A stretch of 27,808 nucleotides of DNA from assembly GCA_938034715.1 (NCBI GenBank), contig CALHMM010000017.1, forward strand, positions 1 to 27,808, in the 5' to 3' direction. Position numbers and translations under genes: made by a program. This document shows positions 17,101 to 25,298 of this stretch, one piece after another. A model generated the notes under the pieces. The model ran no database searches and had not been told where the DNA came from. It was given only the letters and a program-made list of their open reading frames with translations. Every line of letters begins with the position of its first letter. Position 1 is the stretch's first letter. This stretch comes from Minisyncoccota bacterium. Its GTDB lineage: Bacteria; Patescibacteriota; Minisyncoccia; Moranbacterales; GCA-2747515.

Positions 17101-17109
17101 AATAACAAT
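17090..17109. promoter_or_regulatory. Palindromic operator candidate over the tyrS -10 element
   Basis: ATTGTTAT-CATA-ATAACAAT; perfect 8-bp inverted repeat. Confidence 0.45.
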
Positions 17110-17123
17110 AACATAAATCCATT

Positions 17124-18335
17124 ATGACCATTAATACCGACCCACAAAAAATTGACCAGCTTTTGACGCGTGGTGTGGATGAAGTGATTGACGCTAAGAA
17201 CTTACGAAATAAATTACTTTCCGGAAAGAAGCTTCGTGTAAAGCTAGGAATTGACCCCACTAGTCCTGATCTACATCTTGGACGGGCTGTACCATTACTA
17301 AAATTACGTGACTTCCAGGAGTTAGGACATCAGATCATTTTCCTTGTAGGTAACGCGACGGGAGTAATTGGAGATTCCTCAGACAAGGATGCAGAAAGGC
17401 CAATGCTCACACATGAAGATGTGAAAGAAAACATGAAAAAATACGTGGAACAAGCCGGAAAGATTATTGATTTAGATAAAGCAGAGATTAGATACAACGC
17501 TGATTGGCTCAACAAATTAGGCTACAACGAAATAGGACATCATGCTGACGCTTTCTCACTCCACGAATTCCTCCAAAGAGATAATATCAAGAAACGATTG
17601 GATGCCGGGAAACGCGTCTCACTACGAGAACTCCTATATCCTCTTATGCAAGGATATGATTCCATTGCCTTAGAAGCTGACGTCGAGATCGGAGGTACAG
17701 ATCAGAGGTTTAATCTACTAGCTGGAAGGGTGTTACAGGAACAAGCAGGACAAGAAGCACAAGATATTGTCATGGGAAACATCATTATCGGAACTGATGG
17801 GCGTAAAATGAGTAGTAGTTGGGGCAATACAATCAAGCTCACCGATACTCCAAGAGACATGGGCGAAAAGATCATGAATATGCCAGATGATATTGTACCG
17901 GTCTACTTCGAGAACTGCACACGAATGCCACAAGAATTGATTGATGAAGTATTTAGAGATGCTGACCCTCGTTATCATAAGTTAATTCTTGCTGGAGTCA
18001 TAGTTAATTTCTACCATGGAGAATCCGCGGCATGCGATATTAAGGATTATCTTCAAAAAAAGTTTGTCGATAAAAATTTAGATGTAAGCGAAATAGAGGA
18101 AGTTGAGATTCACAAATGCGAACGGCTTGACTCTTTAGAGACAGTGTCTATCCTCATGGTAAGAAAGGGATATGCCACAAGTAAGAGTGACGCTCAACGA
18201 AAAATAGAACAAGGCGGAGTAAAGCTGGATGGAATCAACGTAAGTCATGGCACGAAAATACTTTCAGAGGATGATGATGGTAAGGTTCTCACAGTAGGGA
18301 AAAAAATTCAGATAAGGTTAAAATGTACAAAATGA
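17124..18335 (+). CDS. tyrS: Tyrosine--tRNA ligase (bacterial, with C-terminal S4-like domain)
   Basis: KLGIDPTSPDLHLG, YPLMQGYDS, EIGGTDQRFNLLAGR, DGRKMSSSWGN, SKSDAQRKIEQGGVKLDG. Confidence 0.97.
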   Translation: MTINTDPQKIDQLLTRGVDEVIDAKNLRNKLLSGKKLRVKLGIDPTSPDLHLGRAVPLLKLRDFQELGHQIIFLVGNATGVIGDSSDKDAERPMLTHEDVKENMKKYVEQAGKIIDLDKAEIRYNADWLNKLGYNEIGHHADAFSLHEFLQRDNIKKRLDAGKRVSLRELLYPLMQGYDSIALEADVEIGGTDQRFNLLAGRVLQEQAGQEAQDIVMGNIIIGTDGRKMSSSWGNTIKLTDTPRDMGEKIMNMPDDIVPVYFENCTRMPQELIDEVFRDADPRYHKLILAGVIVNFYHGESAACDIKDYLQKKFVDKNLDVSEIEEVEIHKCERLDSLETVSILMVRKGYATSKSDAQRKIEQGGVKLDGINVSHGTKILSEDDDGKVLTVGKKIQIRLKCTK

Positions 18336-18916
18336 TTGTAGGCATCCAAGGAGGGAGAGGCTCATTCAATGAACAAGCTTTCAGAGCACTGCAAGAACGC
18401 GGTGATCTTGATCCACAAGCAAAACCTAGTTACCTCTTCACAACTCAATCGACACTTCAAGCTGTTCAGGACAACAGTGTTGACTACGGTGTCTTTGCCA
18501 TCTACAACTCAAAATCTAAACTTGTTGCAGAATCCGCCCAAGTTATCGGTCACTATTACTTTGATGTTGTCTCATCGATCACAATACCGATCCAGCATCA
18601 TATCATGATTGCGCAAGGAGCAGACCCACTCAAGATCGACAACCTCATGGGGCACGAAGAAGCTCTGGCACAATGTGCACAGAACCTACAAAAAAAATTT
18701 GCACACATCCCAGCTAGCAGTGGTGAAAATGATCTCAAAGATGGCGCCGGGGTAGCACAAGCAATCAAACAGGGGACTGTTCCAATAACCACCGCCGTTG
18801 TGAGCTCTGAGGCCACAGCGACCACTTTTGGCATGCAAGTGATCGCCTCAAATCTTGCTGACGACCCAAACAATGCCACCACCTTTCTACTAATAAAAAA
18901 CTATTCAATTTCCTAG
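18332..18916 (+). CDS. Stand-alone prephenate-dehydratase-like catalytic domain (no ACT or chorismate mutase domain)
   Basis: GIQGGRGSFNEQA, AIYNS (canonical PIENS), I.HHIM, GHEEALAQC (canonical SHPQALAQC), DDPNNATTF (canonical N.TRF). ATG 18332 overlaps the tyrS stop (ATGA). Confidence 0.8.
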   Translation: MIVGIQGGRGSFNEQAFRALQERGDLDPQAKPSYLFTTQSTLQAVQDNSVDYGVFAIYNSKSKLVAESAQVIGHYYFDVVSSITIPIQHHIMIAQGADPLKIDNLMGHEEALAQCAQNLQKKFAHIPASSGENDLKDGAGVAQAIKQGTVPITTAVVSSEATATTFGMQVIASNLADDPNNATTFLLIKNYSIS

Positions 18917-18961
18917 AAAGCACCTTTTTTGATAAAATTAAGTCCAGAATAAAAAACAACA

Positions 18962-19984
18962 ATGCTACAAAAAATCTCACAACTCGAACAATCAGCTCTC
19001 GAAGCAATTAGAGCGGCTACTACCCAGGATGAGCTGGAACAGGTGAGAGTAATCTATCTTGGCAAAAAAAGTGATTTCACAGCAATTATGAAGAGCCTAG
19101 GCTCACTAGATGCGGATCAAAAGCGAGAAATTGGCCCAATAGCAAACGCAGCTCGCAAAAAAGTACAAGAAAAAATCCAGAGCAAACAGCAGGAGCTGGA
19201 AGATGCATTTGATGCGCAAACACAATGGATAGACGTCACCGCCCCCGGTAAAAGAGACAACCTAGGGCATCTCAATCCTCTGAGCATCGTACAGCGAGAT
19301 ATAGAAGACATTTTCACCTCCATGGGATTTGAGATCTCAGATGGCCCAGAAATAGAAACTGAGTACTATAACTTCGATGCAGTGAATGTGCCTGACAATC
19401 ATCCAGCAAGAGATATGCAGGATACTTTTTGGATAGATGCACCAAGAGGTGAAAAGCACGTCCTTCGCACACACACATCTTCAGTGCAAGTTCGCTATAT
19501 GCAACAACACACGCCACCCTACAGAATTATCATCCCAGGTCGTGTTTTCCGACAAGAAGCAACTGACGCGTCTCACGAGCACACTTTCCATCAATTAGAG
19601 GCTCTGGTGGTAGGAGAAAATGTGAGTGTTGCGAACTTTCTTGATATCGCACAATCATTTTTTAGTGCATTCTTTGGCAGAGAGATAAAGGTTCGTCTCA
19701 GGCCAAGTTATTTTCCTTTTGTAGAACCAGGTTTTGAATTCGATATTTCTTGCACCATTTGTAGTGGGGATGGGTGTAGTGCTTGTCAGCGCACTGGCTG
19801 GATAGAAATAGGTGGTGCTGGCATGGTACATCAAAACGTCCTTGAGGCAGGTGGATACGAAAAAGGGAAATACACAGGATTTGCTTGGGGCTTTGGCTTA
19901 GAACGTCTAGCAATGATGAAATACAAAATTGACGACATTAGACACTTTCACAGTGGTGATATACGCGTTAGTGAGCAATTCTAA
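18962..19984 (+). CDS. pheS: Phenylalanine--tRNA ligase alpha subunit
   Basis: LGKKS, GHLNPL, HPARDMQDTF, LRTHTS, PGRVFR, RPSYFPFVEP, CxxC...CxxC insert, GFAWGFGLERLAM. Confidence 0.98.
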   Translation: MLQKISQLEQSALEAIRAATTQDELEQVRVIYLGKKSDFTAIMKSLGSLDADQKREIGPIANAARKKVQEKIQSKQQELEDAFDAQTQWIDVTAPGKRDNLGHLNPLSIVQRDIEDIFTSMGFEISDGPEIETEYYNFDAVNVPDNHPARDMQDTFWIDAPRGEKHVLRTHTSSVQVRYMQQHTPPYRIIIPGRVFRQEATDASHEHTFHQLEALVVGENVSVANFLDIAQSFFSAFFGREIKVRLRPSYFPFVEPGFEFDISCTICSGDGCSACQRTGWIEIGGAGMVHQNVLEAGGYEKGKYTGFAWGFGLERLAMMKYKIDDIRHFHSGDIRVSEQF

Positions 19985-20037
19985 TTATCCAATGTTACCA
20001 GACCACTCACCCATGAACTCTTAATGTAGATATACTT

Positions 20038-22392
20038 ATGCTTTATAGTTACAAATGGTTACAGGAACTAAGTCAAACAAAAAAAAGCGCGCAAGAAATT
20101 GCACAGCTACTACTGACACACTCCTTTGAAGTAGAAGATGTCAAACCACAATCTGATGGATTAGAAGATGTATTTGTAGGACATGTCATAGCAGTTCAAG
20201 AGCACCCGCAGGCTGATAAGTTAAAGATTGCAACTGTAGATTTGGGACAAGAAAAACTACAAATTGTTTGCGGAGCACCAAATCTATCCCAAGGACAGAA
20301 AGTGCCAGTAGCAATCGTTGGCGCGAACCTTCCTGGAGATTTTGAAATAAAAATGGCAACAATAAGGGGTGTACAAAGTGCAGGAATGATCTGCGCGCCG
20401 GACGAACTAGGGCTAGGTGATGATCACGACGGTATTATGGTACTTGACCACGATGCCACAATTGGAACATCATTTGCAAAACACATGGAACTTGATGACA
20501 CAATTCTTGACATCGATGTACTACCAAATAGAGCGCATGATGCTCTCTCTCACCAAGGCATGGCTCGTGAAATTGCAATGCTTGAAGGACGCAAAGTATT
20601 ATTTGAAGAAAAAAATCTTTCACAAATTCCTAATGGAATAGAGGTAGAAATTCAAACACCAAACTGTCTTCGTTATGTTGGACTGTCCCTAAACAACATA
20701 ACTATAGAGCCTTCGCCAAAATGGTTACAAAACCGTCTAAAGTCTCTTGGACACAATGCCATTAACAATGTAGTTGACATCACCAACTACATTATGCTTG
20801 AGACTGGGCAACCACTACACGCTTTCTCCCAAGAATATGCATCTCAAATAAACGTACGACAAGCCAAAACAAGCGAGAAAATGACTTTGCTTGATCAAAC
20901 GGAAGTTACTCTTTCCAATGAAGATATTGTCATAACAGATGGTAATCTACCAATAGCACTAGCAGGTATAATGGGAGGTAAAGGGAGTGCAATTACAGAC
21001 ACAACCTCGTCAGTAATGCTAGAGATTGCAAATTTCGACGCACGCAGTGTACGAGCTACAAAATCAAGATATGGCCTACAATCAGATGCCGCCTATAGAT
21101 TTGAACGTGACTTAGACCCTAATCTTGTCGATCAAAGTCTTGCACGAGCAGTCGAATTGTTCGAGCAAATATGTGGTGCAAAAATCTCAGCAATCACGGA
21201 TGTTTATCCTGAACCGATAAAGCAATGGAGCATTGCCTTACCTCACGGAGAGATAGAAAAACTTCTCGGTATCGAAATCGAGCACAGTAATGTACAGAAA
21301 ATTCTTCATGACATAGAGATAACTATTTCTCAAAAAAACGACGTGTATCTATGTCATGTGCCTACAGTCCGCAAAGACCTAAATACACCAGAGGATCTCA
21401 TTGAAGAAATTGGCCGTATCTATGGCTATGATAAAATTCATCCACGACCGCTCAATGAAATCGTAAAGGCCCCCGCAAAAAACGAGCAAAGGCTATTTGA
21501 ACGCACAACAAAAGACTTTCTCATAACGCAAGGTTTTAGTGAGGTACGATCATATTCTTTCTACAGTCAAGATGATGCGATTGCCGTAGGATCGACAGAA
21601 GCACACGTCTCACTTTCAAATCCAATGAGTAGCCAGCAAAAGTATATGCGGCGCACGCTCGCTGTAGGGCTCCTACAATCAGCTTCTCAAAATCAAAGCT
21701 ACAAGAACACAACCCAACTCTTTGAAATAGGCCGACTGTACATTCCCAACAAAACAGGCCTTCCAGATGAGAAGATTGTACTCGGTATCTCAGTAACGGC
21801 AAAATCAGATAATGCCCAGCAGTTCTATGTGTTAAAGGGACTAATTGACAAATATTTCAATTCTCTAGGCATCAAAGATCACTACTACAGCGAAAAAGCT
21901 ACACGAAACACTACTAGTGTAGTAGACTTACATCCCTCGCGACAAGCATCAATTCATCTCCAGTCAGGAAGTGTGGTAGGCTCAATTGGTGAAATAACAA
22001 AAAATACTGCTAAATACTTCACGGTAAAAAATGCGTCTACTGCATTTTGTGAGCTTGATTTAGATCTGATACGGCACATCTCACAAGATCTACACGAATT
22101 TATACCATTAGAGAAGTATCCAGCAGTACAAAGAGATCTATCAATCATTGTTGCTGAACGAACTCGTGTCGCAGATATGGAGCGAATAATTGCTTCTGCC
22201 GGAACAGAGATTCTTCAAAAAATCGATCTCTTTGATCTCTACATAGACAAAGAAAAAGCAGAGAGATCAATGGCATTTCACCTTTCTTTTAGCTCTCCTC
22301 AACGGACGCTTACAGCAAAGGAAGTGGACGCAATCATGGAAGATATCACGTCGACTCTCGAGAACGAAGACGACATCCAAATTAAAAGGTAG
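20038..22392 (+). CDS. pheT: Phenylalanine--tRNA ligase beta subunit
   Basis: HPQADKL, IVCGAPN, PNRAHDALSH.GMARE, NNVVDITNY, RFER.LDP, DLIEEIGRIYGY, YPAVQRDLS. Confidence 0.98.
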   Translation: MLYSYKWLQELSQTKKSAQEIAQLLLTHSFEVEDVKPQSDGLEDVFVGHVIAVQEHPQADKLKIATVDLGQEKLQIVCGAPNLSQGQKVPVAIVGANLPGDFEIKMATIRGVQSAGMICAPDELGLGDDHDGIMVLDHDATIGTSFAKHMELDDTILDIDVLPNRAHDALSHQGMAREIAMLEGRKVLFEEKNLSQIPNGIEVEIQTPNCLRYVGLSLNNITIEPSPKWLQNRLKSLGHNAINNVVDITNYIMLETGQPLHAFSQEYASQINVRQAKTSEKMTLLDQTEVTLSNEDIVITDGNLPIALAGIMGGKGSAITDTTSSVMLEIANFDARSVRATKSRYGLQSDAAYRFERDLDPNLVDQSLARAVELFEQICGAKISAITDVYPEPIKQWSIALPHGEIEKLLGIEIEHSNVQKILHDIEITISQKNDVYLCHVPTVRKDLNTPEDLIEEIGRIYGYDKIHPRPLNEIVKAPAKNEQRLFERTTKDFLITQGFSEVRSYSFYSQDDAIAVGSTEAHVSLSNPMSSQQKYMRRTLAVGLLQSASQNQSYKNTTQLFEIGRLYIPNKTGLPDEKIVLGISVTAKSDNAQQFYVLKGLIDKYFNSLGIKDHYYSEKATRNTTSVVDLHPSRQASIHLQSGSVVGSIGEITKNTAKYFTVKNASTAFCELDLDLIRHISQDLHEFIPLEKYPAVQRDLSIIVAERTRVADMERIIASAGTEILQKIDLFDLYIDKEKAERSMAFHLSFSSPQRTLTAKEVDAIMEDITSTLENEDDIQIKR

Positions 22393-22483
22393 CAAACCTC
22401 TTCCCACACCTTGTAATCAAAGGAACGAAAAATGCTTCCAGAATTTGCGTAGTATAAAGCACACAAGCCTTAACTTCAAAGGG

Positions 22484-22513
22484 TTTACAGGGACATTTTT
22501 TGTATGATAAAAT
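22484..22513 (+). promoter_or_regulatory. Putative htrA promoter
   Basis: TTTACA (22484-22489), 18-nt spacer, TAAAAT (22508-22513) with TGa extension. Confidence 0.5.
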
Positions 22514-22541
22514 ATTACTTGCAAAAATTATAAAATACTCT

Positions 22542-23810
22542 ATGAAAAAAAATTCACATGCTCTATCACATCTCTTCGTCATTTGCTTAAGCGTTCTGCT
22601 GAGTCTAATAGCTGTGATGGCATATACAACATTCTCGCGAAATAACGCAATTGCGCCAAGTAATGCGACTCCTACAAACCTTGTCCAACACAATACCCCG
22701 CAAGAAGATCCCGTAACCCAGGAAATGATTAAAGAGGTACAGACAAGAGAACAAGTACTCGTAGATATAGTTGAAAAAGTAAATCCTGCAGTAGTTTCTG
22801 TAGTCGTGTCAAAAGATATACCCGCCATAGATCAGTTTCGTCGTGGGACTGGAAATCCATTCTTCGATCAATTCTTTGGTGATAGCTTTTACTTTGAGCA
22901 ACCAGAAGGATCAGACATAGGTAATGAATCAAGGAGTCAGGAAGTTGGTGGAGGCTCTGGTTTCTTCGTCAGCGCTGATGGATTTGTAGTGACAAATAGA
23001 CATGTAGTAGATGATCGCGATGCGCAGTATACAATATTAACAAATGATGGACAAAGGTATGAGGCAGAAATCCTTGCGGTAGATTCCTCCATAGATATCG
23101 CAGTGCTAAAAGTGCAAAGCGATGAAGAGTTCACATATCTGAAATTTGCAGACTCTGACCAGCTAAGACTCGGTCAAACAGCCATCGCTATAGGGAATGC
23201 TCTTGCTGAATTCCGTAATTCCGTCTCTGTTGGCGTCGTGTCAGGTTTAGCTCGCTCAATTGTAGCTGGTAGTGGGTTTGGACAATCTGAATCCCTTGAT
23301 AATGTCATTCAGACAGATACAGCCATCAATCCTGGTAACAGTGGGGGACCTCTAATGAATATTCGCGGAGAAGTGATTGGAGTAAATGTCGCTGTTGCTA
23401 GAGGAAGCGAAAATATCGGATTTGCCCTACCTTCAAACATCGTACAAAGAATTGTCACATCTGTGAAAGAGAACGGTGAAATCATTAAACCATTTCTTGG
23501 TGTCCGTTACATTCCTGTTTCGCAATCAGTTGCCCAGAACAATAATCTAAGCGTTGATCACGGAAGCCTCATCCAAAGAGGGCAGTTTCTGGAAGATCTA
23601 GCAGTAATGCCAGGATCTCCAGCAGATAAGGCTGGTCTAAGGGAAAACGACATCATTCTCGAAATAGACGGGCAAAAAATCACCAACGAAAAGCCTCTTG
23701 CTACGATTCTAAGAGAAAAAGATGTTGATCAAGTAATCAGCATGAAAGTCCTCAGAGCAGAACAAGAGCTCAGCTTGCAAGCAACTCTAGAAAAAGCTCC
23801 GAGTCAATAG
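22542..23810 (+). CDS. htrA: HtrA/DegP-family membrane-anchored serine protease with one PDZ domain
   Basis: N-terminal TM; triad motifs TNRHVV, IDIAVL, IQTDTAINPGNSGGP; PFLGVRY and GSPADKAGL PDZ segments. ATG 22542 preferred. Confidence 0.95.
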   Translation: MKKNSHALSHLFVICLSVLLSLIAVMAYTTFSRNNAIAPSNATPTNLVQHNTPQEDPVTQEMIKEVQTREQVLVDIVEKVNPAVVSVVVSKDIPAIDQFRRGTGNPFFDQFFGDSFYFEQPEGSDIGNESRSQEVGGGSGFFVSADGFVVTNRHVVDDRDAQYTILTNDGQRYEAEILAVDSSIDIAVLKVQSDEEFTYLKFADSDQLRLGQTAIAIGNALAEFRNSVSVGVVSGLARSIVAGSGFGQSESLDNVIQTDTAINPGNSGGPLMNIRGEVIGVNVAVARGSENIGFALPSNIVQRIVTSVKENGEIIKPFLGVRYIPVSQSVAQNNNLSVDHGSLIQRGQFLEDLAVMPGSPADKAGLRENDIILEIDGQKITNEKPLATILREKDVDQVISMKVLRAEQELSLQATLEKAPSQ

Positions 23811-23827
23811 AGAAAAAGCAAAAATCC

Positions 23828-23855
23828 CAAGAACATAGTGCAAACTATGTTTTTG
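23828..23855 (+). terminator. Intrinsic terminator after htrA
   Basis: CAAGAACATAGT / GCAA tetraloop / ACTATGTTTTTG; 12-bp stem, T-rich tail. Confidence 0.75.
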
Positions 23856-23882
23856 TATTTCTAACAATACCCAATATGATCA

Positions 23883-23906
23883 CGCATGAAATTCGCATGA
23901 TATAAT
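23883..23906 (+). promoter_or_regulatory. Extended -10 promoter with tandem CGCATGA repeats upstream of the exonuclease gene
   Basis: CGCATGA at 23883-23889 and 23894-23900 (11-bp period), directly followed by TATAAT at 23901-23906. Confidence 0.55.
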
Positions 23907-23926
23907 AGGATAAACTAAAAAAATGT

Positions 23927-24727
23927 ATGCAACAACCATCTCTCTTCTGCGATAAAGAAAATGACGAACCAAACCCTCAATCTAACATACATCAGTCCTT
24001 CGATAACATTGTATATTTTGACACTGAAACAACAGGATTAGGTCCTCAACACAGGCTATGTCAACTAGCCTATAAAACACAAGGTGTTGAATACGAGTCG
24101 CTTTTTAAGCCACCGTTACCCATAGATCCAGGAGCAAGTGCAGTTACTGGAATCACTGATCAAACAGTGGCCACAAAAGAAGAATTCATAGGATCCTCAA
24201 TGGCTACGCATTTCAGCAGTCTTGCACGCGATACGGAAAAAATTTTTGTAGCCCACAACGCAGAATTTGATGTTGAAATGCTTAGAAGGGAAGGGATAAA
24301 AATTACAAGATTCTTTGACACACTTCGTATTGCTCGCATTGTTGACAATGGCGAGGCAGAAAATTACAAACAAGAGTACCTCAGAGAATATTATGATCTA
24401 GATGTAGATGACGCCAAAGCACATGATGCATTAGGTGATGTAAAAGTACTCGAAGCACTTTACAAAAAACTCTCGTCCATAATTCTCCAAAACGAAGACT
24501 ATAGTAACGACATTATTACGGAAATGACAAAAATGATGGAAGAGCCCATTCTGTACAAAAAACTCACTTTCGGTAAATACAAAGGGCAGCTCATAGAAGA
24601 AGTTCTCCAAATAGACAAAAAATATCTCGAATGGTTGCTCGGACAGAAAAAAAGTGCGGCAGCAAATGGACAGAAAGATTCAGACTGGCTGTACACACTC
24701 AATCACTATCTTGAAAAAAACAAATAA
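23927..24727 (+). CDS. DEDDh 3'-5' exonuclease (DnaQ/ExoX-like) with C-terminal FGKYKG domain
   Basis: FDTETTG, AHNAEFD, AHDALGDV, and LTFGKYKG.LI.EV...DKKYLEWL. Confidence 0.9.
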   Translation: MQQPSLFCDKENDEPNPQSNIHQSFDNIVYFDTETTGLGPQHRLCQLAYKTQGVEYESLFKPPLPIDPGASAVTGITDQTVATKEEFIGSSMATHFSSLARDTEKIFVAHNAEFDVEMLRREGIKITRFFDTLRIARIVDNGEAENYKQEYLREYYDLDVDDAKAHDALGDVKVLEALYKKLSSIILQNEDYSNDIITEMTKMMEEPILYKKLTFGKYKGQLIEEVLQIDKKYLEWLLGQKKSAAANGQKDSDWLYTLNHYLEKNK

Positions 24728-24728
24728 T

Positions 24729-25079
24729 ATGACTGAACAAAAGAATGCTGCGTCTACCGCAGTGAAAAAACCACTACTAGACTTCTCTGGAACAGAACCA
24801 TGGTTCAAACCAAAAAGATTCTGGAAATACTGGGCGGCCTATTACCCAGTTTCATGGCATGGATGGGCGATAACACTACTACTAGTTACTTCCTTGTTCT
24901 TAATATACATCACTATTGCAGTCAGAACATCCTCACAAATAATTATCCTTGCAAGATTCTTACCATTTGTATGCATCGCTCTGTTGATCTACGATCATTT
25001 CTCACTGTCGCGCGGATTATATCCTAGCTGGTGGAAAAACAGCTGGAGAAAAAAGAAAAAAAGAAAAAAAACCGTATAA
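24729..25079 (+). CDS. Small two-TM, Trp-rich membrane protein of unknown function
   Basis: WFKPKRFWKYWAAYYPVSWHGW followed by two hydrophobic helices and a basic tail RKKKKRKK. ATG 24729 is 1 nt after the exonuclease stop. Confidence 0.7.
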   Translation: MTEQKNAASTAVKKPLLDFSGTEPWFKPKRFWKYWAAYYPVSWHGWAITLLLVTSLFLIYITIAVRTSSQIIILARFLPFVCIALLIYDHFSLSRGLYPSWWKNSWRKKKKRKKTV

Positions 25080-25298
25080 AGTACAGCTGCAGTTAATGAG
25101 TAATCCAGAAATACAACATCACTGATATGGTAATATCGCTTTCTATGATTTTTAATGAGGAAGGGGAAAATGGTAGATGCAACTTCACATTAATAACAAC
25201 AACCAGATCAGTGACATAATTAAATACCAAACTGACGCAGAGACTAACCTTAAAATCACAAAAACATGAAAAACCAAGACAAAATATTTCAAAGATAA

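Noticed and set aside
16999-17123. T-box or attenuator upstream of tyrS; the GCAAAACTATA word also resembles GEMM riboswitch text
   Set aside because: The region is only 125 nt, is explained by a terminator plus promoter, and lacks the T-box sequence; the word is one arm of the terminator.
19747-19790. CxxC-CxxC zinc-binding insert in PheS
   Set aside because: A common feature of many bacterial PheS proteins, not novel.
2747-25085. AGTAC words recurring in intergenic regions, often soon after stop codons
   Set aside because: About eight copies of a 5-mer with no shared flanks or spacing; only slightly above a rough chance expectation.
25157-25193. Purine-rich SD-like run followed by a 7-codon ORF (MVDATSH, 25170-25193) upstream of the MgtC-like gene
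   Set aside because: Too short to distinguish from chance, and SD use looks rare in this window; no leader-peptide signature.
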